From assembly GCA_964016885.1 (NCBI GenBank), contig OZ024744.1, forward strand, positions 39,680,001 through 39,744,000: a stretch of DNA of 64,000 bases. The letters run 5' to 3'. Of this stretch, positions 1-12,692 are shown piece by piece. The number at the start of each line of letters is the position of its first letter. The stretch's first letter is position 1. The stretch is from Eledone cirrhosa. Its lineage: Eukaryota. The position numbers were made by a program, and so were the translations under genes. The notes below the pieces were generated by a model. The model saw nothing but the letters and a program-made list of their open reading frames with translations, had not been told where the DNA came from and ran no database searches.

Positions 1-113
1 ATATATATATATATGTATATATACATACATACATACATACATACACACTCACACACAATGATAATGATATATATATATATATATATTTGTGTGTGTATAC
101 ATATATCATCATC

Positions 114-339
114 ACGCCCATTTTCCACACTAGCACAGGTTAGACGAGTTGCCCTGTTTGCGGTAAGTTGGGTTGGGTGTCCATGTCTTGCTCATATAGA
201 ACTGTTTCTAGCTTGGTTTCTATGGCTCGATGCCCTTCCTAAAGTCAACCACTCTTATAGTGGGGGCTTTTTGTCATGGTACATACGCGACCACTTTACA
301 GTGTGGGCTGGGTGCTTTTTTGCCGTGACACCTACACGA

Positions 340-345
<6 letters not shown>
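114..345 (-). mobile_element. Degenerate RTE/SINE 3' tail fragment within a TA microsatellite
   Basis: (ATC)n tail plus a GATGCCCTTCCT motif shared with the RTE 3' UTRs; TA repeats on both sides. Confidence 0.6.
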
Positions 346-373
<28 letters not shown>

Positions 374-378
374 TCGAA

Positions 379-3300
379 GGGTCATTCCATCTCAAGTCAC
401 CCAGAGAGTCCCAGGTCACCCCCTCAGACCTCCCTGAAAAAATTCATACTAACTCCTGTACCTAAATACATTCAAAACTGCAGATTGCGCTTTTGCAACA
501 AAGTGGTGTGTAAGTTTACAGAATGGCTCGCACATGATATCAATGAAATCTGCTGCAGTAGCTTCAAGTGATACAAGCGTGGTTCTATCATTGATACGAG
601 GAATTCAAACCTTACCTTCTCGCTAACAACTCAACACCCCTCCCGCCCACCCCCACGCACCACCATTATTATTACGTGGACCAATCATAAGCCAGAGGCC
701 TATACTATCGCTTACCTGGTTGCCTTTCGATATGATGGATGGATGGACTATGGAATTCTGGAGAGTGGAAGAGAGAAAAATCTGGACGCTCAGCGACAAT
801 GCCAAAGATAAAGACAAATTCACCTCGTGGACGAGAATGCGAGCACTCCTCTTTGTTTCTGCCGCGGATGGCTAACATAACCCCATCTCCCCCTGCTCCC
901 CACCGCTCCCACCCCCCAAACGCAATCCAAAACTTCAGAGTTGGTACCATGAATGTAGGCACCTTAAAGGGTCGCTCTAACGAAGTTGTAGAAATGCTCG
1001 AACGTAAGGAGGTCGATGTTTGTTGTATTCAAGAGTCCAGGTGGAAGGGTGGGTCTGCTAGATTCATTGAGGGTAAAAAACGATGCTATAAGCTTTTCTG
1101 GGTGGGAAATGACAACGGGCTGGGTGGAGTAGGAATCATGGTAGCAGAAAAGTGGGCAGATAAGATAATAGACGTAAATAGAGTGAACGACAGAATAATT
1201 AAAATAAGACTTGTCCTCAATAGAACTACGGTGACAGTAATATCTGCGTACGCACCCCAATCCGGACTGCCCGGCACTATAAAAGACAGATTCTATGAGA
1301 CACTGATGCTCACTACCTCCCAAATAACCGACAGTGACTATATAATTATTGCAGGCGACCTAAATGGTCACGTTGGACAACATTGTGACGGCTACGATGA
1401 AATCCATGGAGGCTATGGGTTTGGTACTAGAAATGAGGAAGGCTCCAGAATCCTGGAATTCTGTGACACAAATAACCTAACAATCTGTAACACTAACTTC
1501 AAAAAACGAGACAATCACTTGATCACCTACAGATCAGGGGAACATACCAGCCAGGTAGATTATATCCTTACCAGAAGACGTGACAGAGTGTCTGTTGTAA
1601 ACACTAAATCCCTCCCCCATGAAGAATGCACCTCCCAACATACTCATAATTAGCGACCTCATAGTCAGGACGAGACGTACTCGACAACAGAAGAGGACTA
1701 TCCTCAGGAGAAAAATATGGAAGCTAAAGGACCCCACAGCCAGAAATAAATTTCAAAGCATATTACTTGATGCTTTCGACAGTAAGGAAGAGCATTTAGA
1801 GTCGTACAATATAGAGGAACAGTGGGAATTCCTGAAAGCAAACCTGCTGATGGCGGCAGACGAAGTCTGTGGCCGGAGCAGGCCTATAGGCAGGAGGAGA
1901 GTAACATGGTGGTGGAACAGTAAGGTGGAGGAGTCAATTAAGGCCAAAAAGCAGGCTTGGAAAGTATGGCAGGATGGGGGAAGTAGAGAAGACTATCAAG
2001 TGGCCAGGAGGGAAGCTAGGAGACAAGTGTACTTCGCAAGAAGGGAAGCAGAGCAGAGAAAGTTCAAGCATGTTCTACAATGCGAGGACCAAAAATGTGA
2101 GGTGTTCAGGATTGCTAGGCAATGTGTCAAGGAAAACCGTGATATTGTTGGGGAGAAGTGTGTACTAAATGATGATGGCGTACTTGCCATCACTGACGCT
2201 GATAAGAAGGGAGCTTGGAAGTGTCACTACGAAAGGCTACTAAATGAGGAGAATAATGGGAGAAAGACAGTCTCCCCCACATCGACCCAATAGAGGGACC
2301 AGCAGTGTTAGTTGAAGGTAGTATAATAAGTAAGGCAATCAAAGATATGAAGACGGGTAAGGCGGCTGGGCCTTCAGAAATAGTTGCTGAGATGCTGAAA
2401 GCCTCTGGAACGGTGGGACACACCATGGTCACCCGGATAGTAAACAAAGTCATACAGAATGGGGTTGTTCCGAAGGACTGGCGTAGCAGCATCATCATTA
2501 ACTGTTACAAGGGTAAAGGAGATGCACTAGATAGGAGTAACTATAGAGGCATTAAATTAATCGACCAGGTCATGAAGGTCACGGAAAAAGTAATAGCGCA
2601 ACTAATCAGAGAGAGAATTGATCTAGATGAAATGCAGTTCGGGTTTGTGTCAGGCAAAAGTACCACAGACGCTCTTTTCATTGTACGACAACTACAGGAG
2701 AAGTACCTAGCTAAAAGTAAACCCCTATACTTAACTTTTGTTGACTTGGAGAAAGCCTTCGACAGAGTCCCCCGTTCCATTATCTGGTGGGCTCTTAGAA
2801 AACTAGGTGTTGATGAATGGCTTGTGAGAGCTATACAAGCCATGTATAAAGAAACAGTGAGCAAGGTTAGAATTAACAACGAATATAGTGAAGAGTTTAG
2901 CGTAAAAGTTGGTGTTCATCAGGGCTCTGTTCTTAGCCCCCTACTATTTATTATTACCCTTCAGGCTATAACAGTGGAGTTCAAGAGCGGCTGCCCATGG
3001 GAACTCCTATACGCAGATGATCTAACGCTCATAGCTGAATCAATGGCCGAGCTAGAGAAGAAATTCCAAACATGGAAGCACGGCCTAGAATCAAAAGGCC
3101 TTAAAATTAACCTGGCTAAGACTAAAGTTCTAGTTTGTAAGGAAAGAAAATAAGGCGCCGGTCCCTTCCGGGAAATGGCCATGCTCAGTGTGTAGGAAAG
3201 GCGTAGGTAGAAACTCTATTTTATGTCCCAAATGCAAAGTATGGGTGTATAAAAGATGTAGTGGGATCACAGGTAAGCTAACTAAGAACATAGATTTTAC

Positions 3301-5286
3301 ATGTGGCCAGTGCTCTGGTGCAATAAGTAGCAGCAAGTGCCCACAAAATACTAGCTCTTTCAATTGCGCAGAGGGTTCTATAGAAATAGTGGACAGCTTC
3401 CGTTACCTGGGTGACAAAATCAGCAGTTGGGGAGGGTGCTCTGAAAGTACAGTAGCTAGAGTCAGAACTGGATGGAAAAAGTTCAGAGAGCTTATACCAC
3501 TATTAGCCGCTAAAGGGTTCTCCCTAAAAATGAAAAGCAGGTTGTATGATGCCTGCATACGAACAGCAATGTTGCATGGCAGTGAGACCTGGGCATTATG
3601 TGCAGAGGATATACGCAGACTAGAGAGGAACGAAGCTTGCATGCTCCGCTGGATGTGTAATAGTAATATACGTGAACGGCAAAGCATAAACGAACTAAGG
3701 AAAAAATTAGAAATAAGAGGGATCAGATGCTGTTTACTTGAGAGAAGACTACATTGGTATGGTCACTTGATGCGCATGAAAGATGACAGCTGTATAAAAA
3801 AGTGCAGGGCAATAAAGATAGACGGTAGCCACGGAGTAGGCAGACCCAGAAAAACCTGGGACGACCTGATAAATTCTGACCTCACACACTTACACCTCTC
3901 CAAGACAATGTCACTGGACCGAGATCTTTGGCGGTACTCAGTAATAGAGAAGACCCGCCTTGCCTAAATACAAAGTAAACCTACTACAGTCAGTAGGCAT
4001 CTCTAACAAAATACGCCCCGTCACACCACCCCCACCACATCCACACCGTCCCTTTCAATGTAAAGTTATGTTGGTGCCACAACATCCAGGCCGAAACAAA
4101 TGAGATCGTGTAGGTGTCACGACAAAAAAACACAGTCCACGCTGTAATGTGGCTGTGTAGGTAACACGGTAAAAACCTCCCAGTCCCACACTGTAAATTT
4201 GGTTGGTGTTAGGAAGGGCATCCAGCTGTAGAAAACCCGCCAGACAGTCCACGCTGTAATGTGGCCGTGTAGGCAACACGGTAAAAACCTCCCAGCCCCA
4301 CACTGTCAATGTAGTTGGTGTTAGGAAGGGCATCCAGCTGTAGAAAACCCGCCACACAGTCCTATGCGAGCAAGACAATCACTCTTGCCTCAAGTGGGAA
4401 AACCCCCGTCCAAACCCATGCAAGCGTGGAACACGGACGTTAAACGTTGATGATGATGATGATATTACCTTCATGAAACTCTTGACTATCCAATTGACTA
4501 TTGAGGTACTCTTGTAATGCCTCTTTCCCAGGACACTGTTCACTGGCATGCAAATGCCGTTTTATATCCATGTTTTATGAATAAGTTGATCCTGTCCAAA
4601 GCGCTTTTTAAAAATTCACAACTCTGAAAAGAAGCTCAGCAACAAAACCAAATTTCTGTCACATCATCTTCAGAAGTATAAAAATGCATGGTAAATGATA
4701 GTGAACTGCCCACATGGTCAACTAAGGGCATCAAAATGGGCATTTTTTGAGAAATTTGAAATTGTAAATATTTCAAAAAATTATTCTGACACTCCCATAA
4801 TAGTAACTAACATGGTTACTGCTCAGAAATGGTCTACTATATGCTAAATAACAGGAAAACGATTGTGGTTACTTTATCTAGTGTACCTATTGAGACAGAA
4901 ATACCTAAAAGAGGCATACATTTGCTGAACGTTTAATTCTTGGCAATTTTCAGAGGCCAGAAAATGGAAAAATATTCAAGATACATTTCATTTGATAACA
5001 TATTTGAAATCTACAGAAAAAGTTAGCCCCAAACACATAATTTCAAAGTTGTGCTTATCTTATTAGAGGAGTAACAGCTGTCTCAATCTGGTCTGAGAGG
5101 CTCGTTCAGAAAAAAAAGTATTATTAATTAATATTTTAAAGGCCTACAATTTCAAAATTATCAAAGATATTGACCTAATACTTGATATTTTTCCATCAGG
5201 AGCTAGTATGAATTTTTTTCAGGGGAATCTGAGGGGATGACCTGGGAAATCTTTCTGAAACTGGGTGATTTGATATGGAATAACCC
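379..5286. mobile_element. Non-autonomous DNA transposon with ~75-bp TIRs, interrupted by RTE-A copy 1
   Basis: Left end GGGTCATTCCATCTCAAGTCACCCAG...CCCTGAAAAAATTCATACT is the imperfect reverse complement of AGTATGAATTTTTTTCAGGGG...CTGGGTGATTTGATATGGAATAACCC at ~5205-5286. About 1.06 kb without the insert; superfamily not assigned. Confidence 0.8.
620..4464 (+). mobile_element. RTE-clade LINE family A, copy 1, near full length (APE-RT-PHD), frameshifted
   Basis: ORFs 739-1653 (APE: GTMNVGTL, GDLNGH, SQVDY), 1619-2293, 2305-3153 (RT: QGSVLSP, YADD) and 3188-3967; (GAT)n tail; 8-bp TSD TTACCTTC at 612-619 and 4465-4472. Confidence 0.97.
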
Positions 5287-6027
5287 AGTAGCACTTAGAT
5301 TTGTTTATTATACATAAATATATTGTATATGCTTTTGTATACACTTGCATTATATGTATATATATTTATATGTGTGTGTGTTTACGGGGGCAGCTGGTGT
5401 CAGAGTCCACACATTGACCTCTTTTAAGGAGACTTTGGCAGGATAGGTTTTCATTAATTCTTGGTAACAACTGAACTGCATTTTAAATTGAAGGAGCTTG
5501 AAAAGTGTGAGTGTTAACTTCTCACTCTCTGCTCCTCCCACCTCATCACCTCACCATGATTGAATAATACTTGAAGTGAGACTGGAGAGAGGAATACAAC
5601 CTCTAATGTTAAAATTCAGCCTTCAACACAACTGTATTCTACAATTAATTAATTTTGATTGTAAAAGATTGATAATTTTCAAAAACGCTGGTACAATGTG
5701 GTAGCAAAATTGTAATGTTTTATTCAATGTATTTTAATATTTCAGGGCTAATACCCTCTTTTCAAATGCAAAGCTGAAACAGTTCAAAACTAAACAAAAC
5801 GAGCAATTGAAGTATTCCTCCATAACTAGCCTATGTATCTGCAAAATGCATGTGCAATGTTTCGTATTAACTTCACTGCTCTAATTTTAATTAATTACAT
5901 AATATAGGGTCTGGGGATATCAGCCTTAACCCTCCCCCTACACCTTTTTTTAATTACTCATTTAGAAAATCATTATTCTCATCACTGAAGATGTAAATTT
6001 AATTTAAAATTTGTTAAAACATCAACT

Positions 6028-6980
6028 AGGTCAGAGCTGTGTGGTTAAAATGTCTACTTCACAACCATGAGGTTCTGGGTTCAGTCTTGCTGCACAGCAT
6101 CTGGGGAAAGTGTATTTTACTGTACTCATTTTGACCAATGCTTAATGAGTGGAATTTGGTCAAAAGAAACTACAAAATCCATCTGCAATATAAATGTGGG
6201 AGAAAGGCAGAGCTTGGATGAAGTGAGAGAGAAACTGGGCTTAAGAGGAATCCAAAGTGGTGTACAAGAGAGAAGACTGTGTTGGTATGGACATGTGATG
6301 TACATGGATAATGATTGTTAGTTAGTTAGGTTGTCTCATTAGAGGCAAGTTAGTGACTGTTTCATATAGAACTGTTTCATATAGAACTGTTTCTGGCTTG
6401 GTTTCTACTACAGTGTATGCTGGGTGCTTTTTGTTGTGATACCTACACGACCACTTTACAGTGTAGACTGGGTGCTTTTTTTTCATGACATCTAAATGAC
6501 CACACACACACACATATATATATATAGGCAACATCTCCCCTCCCATACACCTTCCTTGCTGTAACCATCCTTCCCTATTTACCTCCGTCCTCAATTTCCC
6601 CAAACTTCTTCCTCCATCCTCCTAAGTTCCCATCCCACACCATGAAGTGGTCCCTCTGGAACCATGACAAAAGTGCCCAGCCCACCCTCTGTAGTGGTCA
6701 AGACAAAAGCGCCTAGTCCACACTGTAAAGTGGTTGTGTAGGAGTCGTGACAAAAAGCACCCAGTCCACACTGTAAAGTGGTAGTGTAGGTGTCACAACA
6801 AAAAGCACCCAGCACACAAAGTAAATATGGTTGGTGTTAGGAAAGGCATCTAGTTGTAGAAACTTAGCCAAAATCTGTCCTGTGTGAGCGAAACATGGTC
6901 CTCCGACCTGATCTCTTTCAAAGGGACAGCCCATCCTACCCATGCTAGCATGGACAATTGATGTTAAATGATGATGATAT
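6028..6980. mobile_element. Cluster of degenerate fragments: SINE head, RTE C-terminal piece and RTE-type 3' tails
   Basis: tRNA-like head at ~6030; RRLCWYGHVM at ~6270-6300; tail motif GGTTGGTGTTAGGAAAGGCATCTAG and (GAT)n at ~6970. Confidence 0.6.
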
Positions 6981-7084
6981 ATATATGGATGTGTGTGTGT
7001 GTTTGTCTATGCCTATATTTACATATGTGTCTTTTATGTTTTGTTTTTATGTCCTGTAACTTAACAGTTTGACAAAATAAGGTC

Positions 7085-7200
7085 AATAAAATAGTATTAG
7101 ACTTGAAAATATAAACACTTTGGTTGATATAACCGACTAAATCAAAGTGGTCCCCTAACATGGCCACAGTCTTTTGACTGAAACCAGTAAAAGAATAAAG
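7085..7200 (+). mobile_element. Degenerate SINE 3' part with a CR1-like tail
   Basis: GGTCCCCTAACATGGCCACAGTC...GACTGAAACCAGTAAAAGAATAAAG resembles the 3' end of the LINE at 63378-63438. Confidence 0.5.
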
Positions 7201-8775
7201 TAATATGTTATTGTCCACTTTATTATTAACATTATCTGTATGATCTGCAGCCAATAAACAAAAATACATATCCACAAATGGTGTAAAATTTTAAAGATCA
7301 ACATCATCATCCATCAATTTACATTTGTGTTCCATGTTGGTGTCAGTTGGCATGGTTGTCATGGTCTAAGTAAGTTATTTAGACTTTCTGTTCTCTTAAA
7401 TAGTTCAGGATCCACATCTGACCCGTATGTTCCATTTTTGGCATGATTTCTATGACAGGATATCTTTCCTAACACCAATCACTTTTCAGAGTGTACGCGG
7501 TATGGTTTATTGTGGTGTCAGTCCTTGGCAGACTAAAGAATCCACTATATCTATTGTCTCCGTTTGATCATTAACTTTTCCTCAGATTCTTTTATAGGTG
7601 CCTTTTCATGTAGCATGAACACTAATGTGGATGCCTTTTCATTTGCATGACTAAAGAGTCCTTTGTCATCCACATTATCTCTGTTCTTTCAAGGCAAAAT
7701 GACGGGATGTGTAAATAAGAAGTAAGGGATGGCCAAGACAGGGAAGGAGAGAGTATTAAAATAAGTGTTATAGGATAAATTTTTATTAGAAATAACTGTA
7801 AGGAAGTGTATTTAACCCTTTAGCATTTAAACTGGCCATATCTGGCCAGAATTCTCTCACCTCTTTCTGTTCAAACTGGCCGTAACTTGCTACTTATACA
7901 GATGTTAAGATATTGTTCTCAAAATAAATATCAAAATCTCATTGATTCAATATTATGTGAGACTAGTTGTGGAGCCCAACGTTGCATGGGATTGGAAAAA
8001 TTAAATTTCAAAAGTGTAGTAACACTTATAAATAAAATATCAAATATAATTGTGAGTTGCGCACATGGAGCAGACACATATGTTGTAGTTTGAGCCCTAC
8101 TTCTTTGGTGAAAAAAATAAACCAGTAACACCCTGTGTTATTGTTGTTAACAGTTGGTGAGGACTTTTTCAATAGATCCGTTCTTTTTCACCAATTAAGC
8201 TTTTTCTGGTACAACCGATGTCTTATGAAATGCGCCCTTTATACTAAACATCTGTGTCTCATGTGCTATGCCAGTGGGGAAAAATCAATAAACCCACATG
8301 GACCAAGCAGTAAACCATGCAATTGAGGTAGCCGTTTGAATTTATTTTCCGCTGCTAGGGGCTACAGCAGGCAGAACAACTAACATTTTATGAGTAAAAA
8401 ATATTAAATGGAACACAATGCATAATTGGTGCAAATTTGAATAAAATCGGCCGCAAACTGTAGAAGTTACTGACGTCAATACTTTTTTTAATTTAGTTTT
8501 TCTCTCACAGGGCCCGAATTAGATAAGAACTAAAAAAAATCGGTTAGTCCAAAATAATGTTTGGTACATGAGACATAGTTCTAAATTTGAAGGAAATCGG
8601 TTGCAAACTGTAGGCATTATAACGATGCAGATTTTTTCAATTTGTTTTTTCTAGTCCAGAGGATGCACTAAACAAAATGTTATGAGTCCAAAATAAAGTT
8701 GAGAACATAATGTATGTTTGTTCCAAATTTGATTTTTTTTAGTCACTTTTTCTCTTATAGGCTGTGCAGTAGACA

Positions 8776-11700
8776 CATCATCATCATCATCATCATCGTC
8801 TAACGTCCATCTTCCACGCTTGCATGGGTTTGGACGGGAGTTTTTCCACTTGAGGCAAGATTTGTTGTCCTGCTCGTATAGGACTGTCTGGCGGGTTTTC
8901 TACGGATGGATGCCCTTCCTAACACCAACCACGTTTACAGTGTGGACTGGGAGGTTTTTACCGTGTTACCTACACGGCCACATTACAGCGTGGACTGTGT
9001 GTTATTTTTGTCGTGATACCTACACGACCTCATTTGTTTCGGACTGGATGTTGTGGTACCAACATAACTTCACATTTAAGGGGGTGGTGTGGATGGGGTG
9101 GGGTGGGGGTAGTGGGACGGGGGTGTATTTTGTTAGAGGTGCCTACTGACTATAGGTTTCGCTTTGTACTTAGGCAAGGCGGGTCTTCTGTATGACTGTG
9201 TAGCGCTAAAGATCTTGGTCCAGTGACATTGTCTTGGAGAGGTGTAAGTGTGTGAGGTCGGAATTTATCAAGTCGTCCCAGGTTTTTCTGGGTCTGCCTA
9301 CTCCGTGGCTAACGTCTATTTTTATTGCCCTGCACTTTTTTATACAGCTGTCGTCTTTCATGCGCATCAACGTGACCATACCAACGTAGTCTTCTCTCGA
9401 GTAAACAACATCTGATCCCTCTTATTCCTAATTTCTCCCTTAGTTCATTTATGCTTTGCCGTTCACGTATATTTCTATTACACATCCAGCAGAGAATGCA
9501 AGCTTTGTTTCTCTCCAGTCTGCGTATATCCTCTGCGCACAATGCCCAGGTCTCATCATCATCATCATCATCACCGTTTTACGTCCGTTCTTCCACGCTA
9601 GCATGGGTTAGACGGGTTGTCTTGTTGTGGGCAGTGTCTGGTCGGCTGACCATGCCTTGCTCATACAGGAACTGATTTGGGTTGATTTCTACAGCTGGAT
9701 GCCCTTCCTAACACCAACCTCATTTACAGTGAGTGCTGGGTGCTTTTTCCGTGGCGCCTACACGTCCACTTTACAGTGTGGGCTGGGTGCTTTTTTGCCG
9801 TGGCACCTCCACGACCACCTTGCAGTGGGGGGTGGGGTGGGGGGTGGGGGGGTGGAGGCATATTGTCTATATGCTTCAGCTTGTACCCATGGGAGGTCGG
9901 GTACTCTGTATTACTGCGTGACGCCAGAGGTTACGGTCGTGTGTCATCGCCTTTGAGAGGTGTAATTGGGTAAGGTCGGCTTTTATCACCTCATCCCAGG
10001 TCATCTTGGGTCTCCCCACTCCGCGGTTTCCATCGTCTTCTAGTGCTCTGCACCTTTTTATGCAGCTGTCATCCTTCATACGCATCACATGTCCATACCA
10101 ACGCAACCGCCTCTCCTGCACACAGCATTTGATTCCTCTTATGCTCAGTCTCTCTCAATTCATTTATGCTTTGTCGTTCGCGTATATTACTATTGAACAT
10201 CCATCGGAGCATGCAGGCTTCGTTTCTCTCTAATCTACGTAAGTCTTCCACCTTCAGCGCCCAGGTCTCATTACCATGCAACATCGCTGTTCGGATACAC
10301 GCATCATATAGTCTGCCTTTCATTTTGAGGGAGAAGCCTTTTGCAGCTAGCAGTGGTAGTAGTTCCCTAAACTTCTTCCATCCCGTTCTTACCCTAGTTA
10401 TTGTACTTTCTGAACACCCACCTCCGCTGCTAATTCGGTCACCTCGGTAGCAGAAGCTGTCTACTGTTTCTACAGAGCCCTCCCAGAGATTGGTGGTACT
10501 TGTTTCCTGTGGCTGTTTGCTGCTTGCTGTCCCAGCACAGCTGCTGCATGTGAAGCCTACATTCTTAATTAAGCTTCCTGAGATCCCGCTACATCTCTTG
10601 TGTACCCATTGTTTGCATTTGGGGCAGAGAATGGAGTTCCTACCTACACCTTTCCTACATACTGAGCAAGGCCATTTCCCTGAGGGGATCTGGGTTCTGT
10701 TTTCTTTACTTACAAGGACCTTAGTCTTTGTCATGTTGACTTTGAGACCCTTACTTTCTAGTCCCTGCTTCCAAGTTTGGAATTTCTTCTCTAGTTCTAC
10801 CATAGATTCAGCTATAAGTGCGAGGTCATCAGCATACAGGAGTTCCCACGGGCATCCGGTCTTAAACTCCTCCGTTATTGCCTGCAGGACTATGATGAAC
10901 AGGAGGGGGCTAAGAACAGAGCCCTGGTGGACCCCAACCTGTACACTAAATTCCTCGCTATACTCATTGCTAATGCTAACTTTGCTGACTGCTCCCCTAT
11001 ACATGGCTTGTACCGCTTTCACAAGCCATTCATCTACTCCTAGTTTTCTAAGAGCCCACCAGATTACAGCACGTGGAACTCTGTCAAAGGCTTTCTCAAG
11101 ATCGACAAATGCCAGGTAGAGTGGCTTACTTTTAGCTAGGTACTTTTCCTGTAACTGCCTGACAAGAAAGAGGGCATCAGTGGTGTATGTTACACTGCCA
11201 TGTAACATTGCTGTTCGTATGTAGGCATCATACAGCCTGCTTTTCATTTTTAGAGAGAACCCTTTAGCGGCCAATAGTGGTATAAGCTCTCTGAACTTTT
11301 TCCATCCCGTTCTGACTCGAGCTTCTGTACTTTCAGAGCACCCTCCCCCACTGCTGATTTTGTCACCCAGGTAACGGAAGGTATCCACTATTTCTATAGA
11401 ACCATCTGTGCAATGGAATAAGCTAGTATTCTGTGGGCACTTGCTGCTACTTATTGCACCAGAGCACCGGCCACATATAAAATCTATATTCTTAGTTAGC
11501 TTACCTGTGATCCCACTACATCTTTTATGCACCCATACTTTGCATTTGGGACATAAAATGGAATTTCTACTCCTTTCCTACACACTGAGCATGGCCATTT
11601 CCCGGAAGGGACCGGCGCCTTATTTTCTTTCCTTACAAACTAGAACTTTAGTCTTAGACAAGTTAACTTTAAGGCCTTTTGATTCTAGGCCATGCTTCCA

Positions 11701-12559
11701 TGTTTGAAATTTCTTCTCTAGTTCAGCCATTGATTCAGCTATGAGCGTTAGATCATCTGCGTATAGGAGTTCCCATGGGCAGCCGGTCTTGAACTCCTCT
11801 GTTATAGCCTGAAGTGCAATAATAAATAGTAGGGGGCTAAGAACGGAACCCTGATGAACACCAACTTTTACGTTAAACTCTTCACTATATTCGTTGTTAA
11901 TTCTAACCTTGCTGACTGTTTCTTTATACATGGCTTGTATAGCTCTCACAAGCCATTCATCAACACCTAGTTTTCTAAGGGCCCACCAGATAATGGAGCG
12001 GGGGACTCTGTCAAAGGCTTTCTCCGAGTCAACAAAAGCTAAGTATAGGGGTTTACTTTTAGCTAGGTACTTCTCCTGTAGTTGTCGTACAATGAAAAGA
12101 GCGTCTGTGGTACTTTTACCTGACAAAAACCCGAACTGCATTTCATCTAGATCAATTCTCTCTCTGATTAGTTATAATTTTTTCCGTGACCTTCATGACC
12201 TGGTCGATTAATTTAATGCCTCTATAGTTACCCCTATCAAGAGCATCTCCTTTACCCTTGTAGCAGTTAATGATGATGCTGTTACGCCAGTCCTTCGGAA
12301 TGGCCCCATTCTGTATGACTTTGTTTACTATCCGAGTGACCATAGTGTGTCCCACCGTTCCAGATGCTTTCAGCATTTCAGCAACTATTTCCGAAGGGCC
12401 AGCCGCCTTACCCGTCTTCATATCTTTGATTGCCTTACTTATTATACTACCTTCAATTAACACTGCTGGTCCCTCTATTGGATCGATGTGGGTGAGACTG
12501 TCTTTCTCCCATTTATTCTCCTCATTTAGTAGCCTTTCGTAGTGACACTTCCAAGCTAC
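8776..12559 (-). mobile_element. RTE-A copy 2, 5'-truncated, interrupted by RTE-B
   Basis: (CAT)n tail at 8776; RT pieces in ORFs 11620-12141 and 12152-12640; TSD ACACAT at 8773-8778 and 12560-12565. Confidence 0.95.
9554..11185 (-). mobile_element. RTE family B copy, 5'-truncated, nested in RTE-A copy 2
   Basis: Has its own (TCA)n tail and B-type 3' UTR, RT and PHD; 7-nt filler TATGTTA at 11186-11192; the host resumes exactly at CACTGCCATG (11193). Confidence 0.95.
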
Positions 12560-12692
12560 ACACATTTGAAAATATGAGTTCATACGAAGGTCAGGAGCAT
12601 AACGCATGTTTGTGCCAAATTTGAAGAAAATCAGTTGCAAGTTGTAGAAGTGTAGAAGTTATGCAGAAACAGACACACACACGCACACAGTC

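Noticed and set aside
4090-4360. Repeat-spacer-like pattern in RTE 3' UTRs and at 6660-6830 (CRISPR-like look)
   Set aside because: The units are duplicated LINE UTR segments without unique spacers; there are no cas genes and the context is eukaryotic.
5385-5485. Possible minus-strand exon with two open frames
   Set aside because: Weak splice signals and no recognisable homology.
10490-11119. Recurrent antisense ORFs over RTE copies (also 2541-2879, 34534-34872, 43808-44155, 53541-54362)
   Set aside because: Shadow frames of the RT coding strand; they recur only because the element is repeated.
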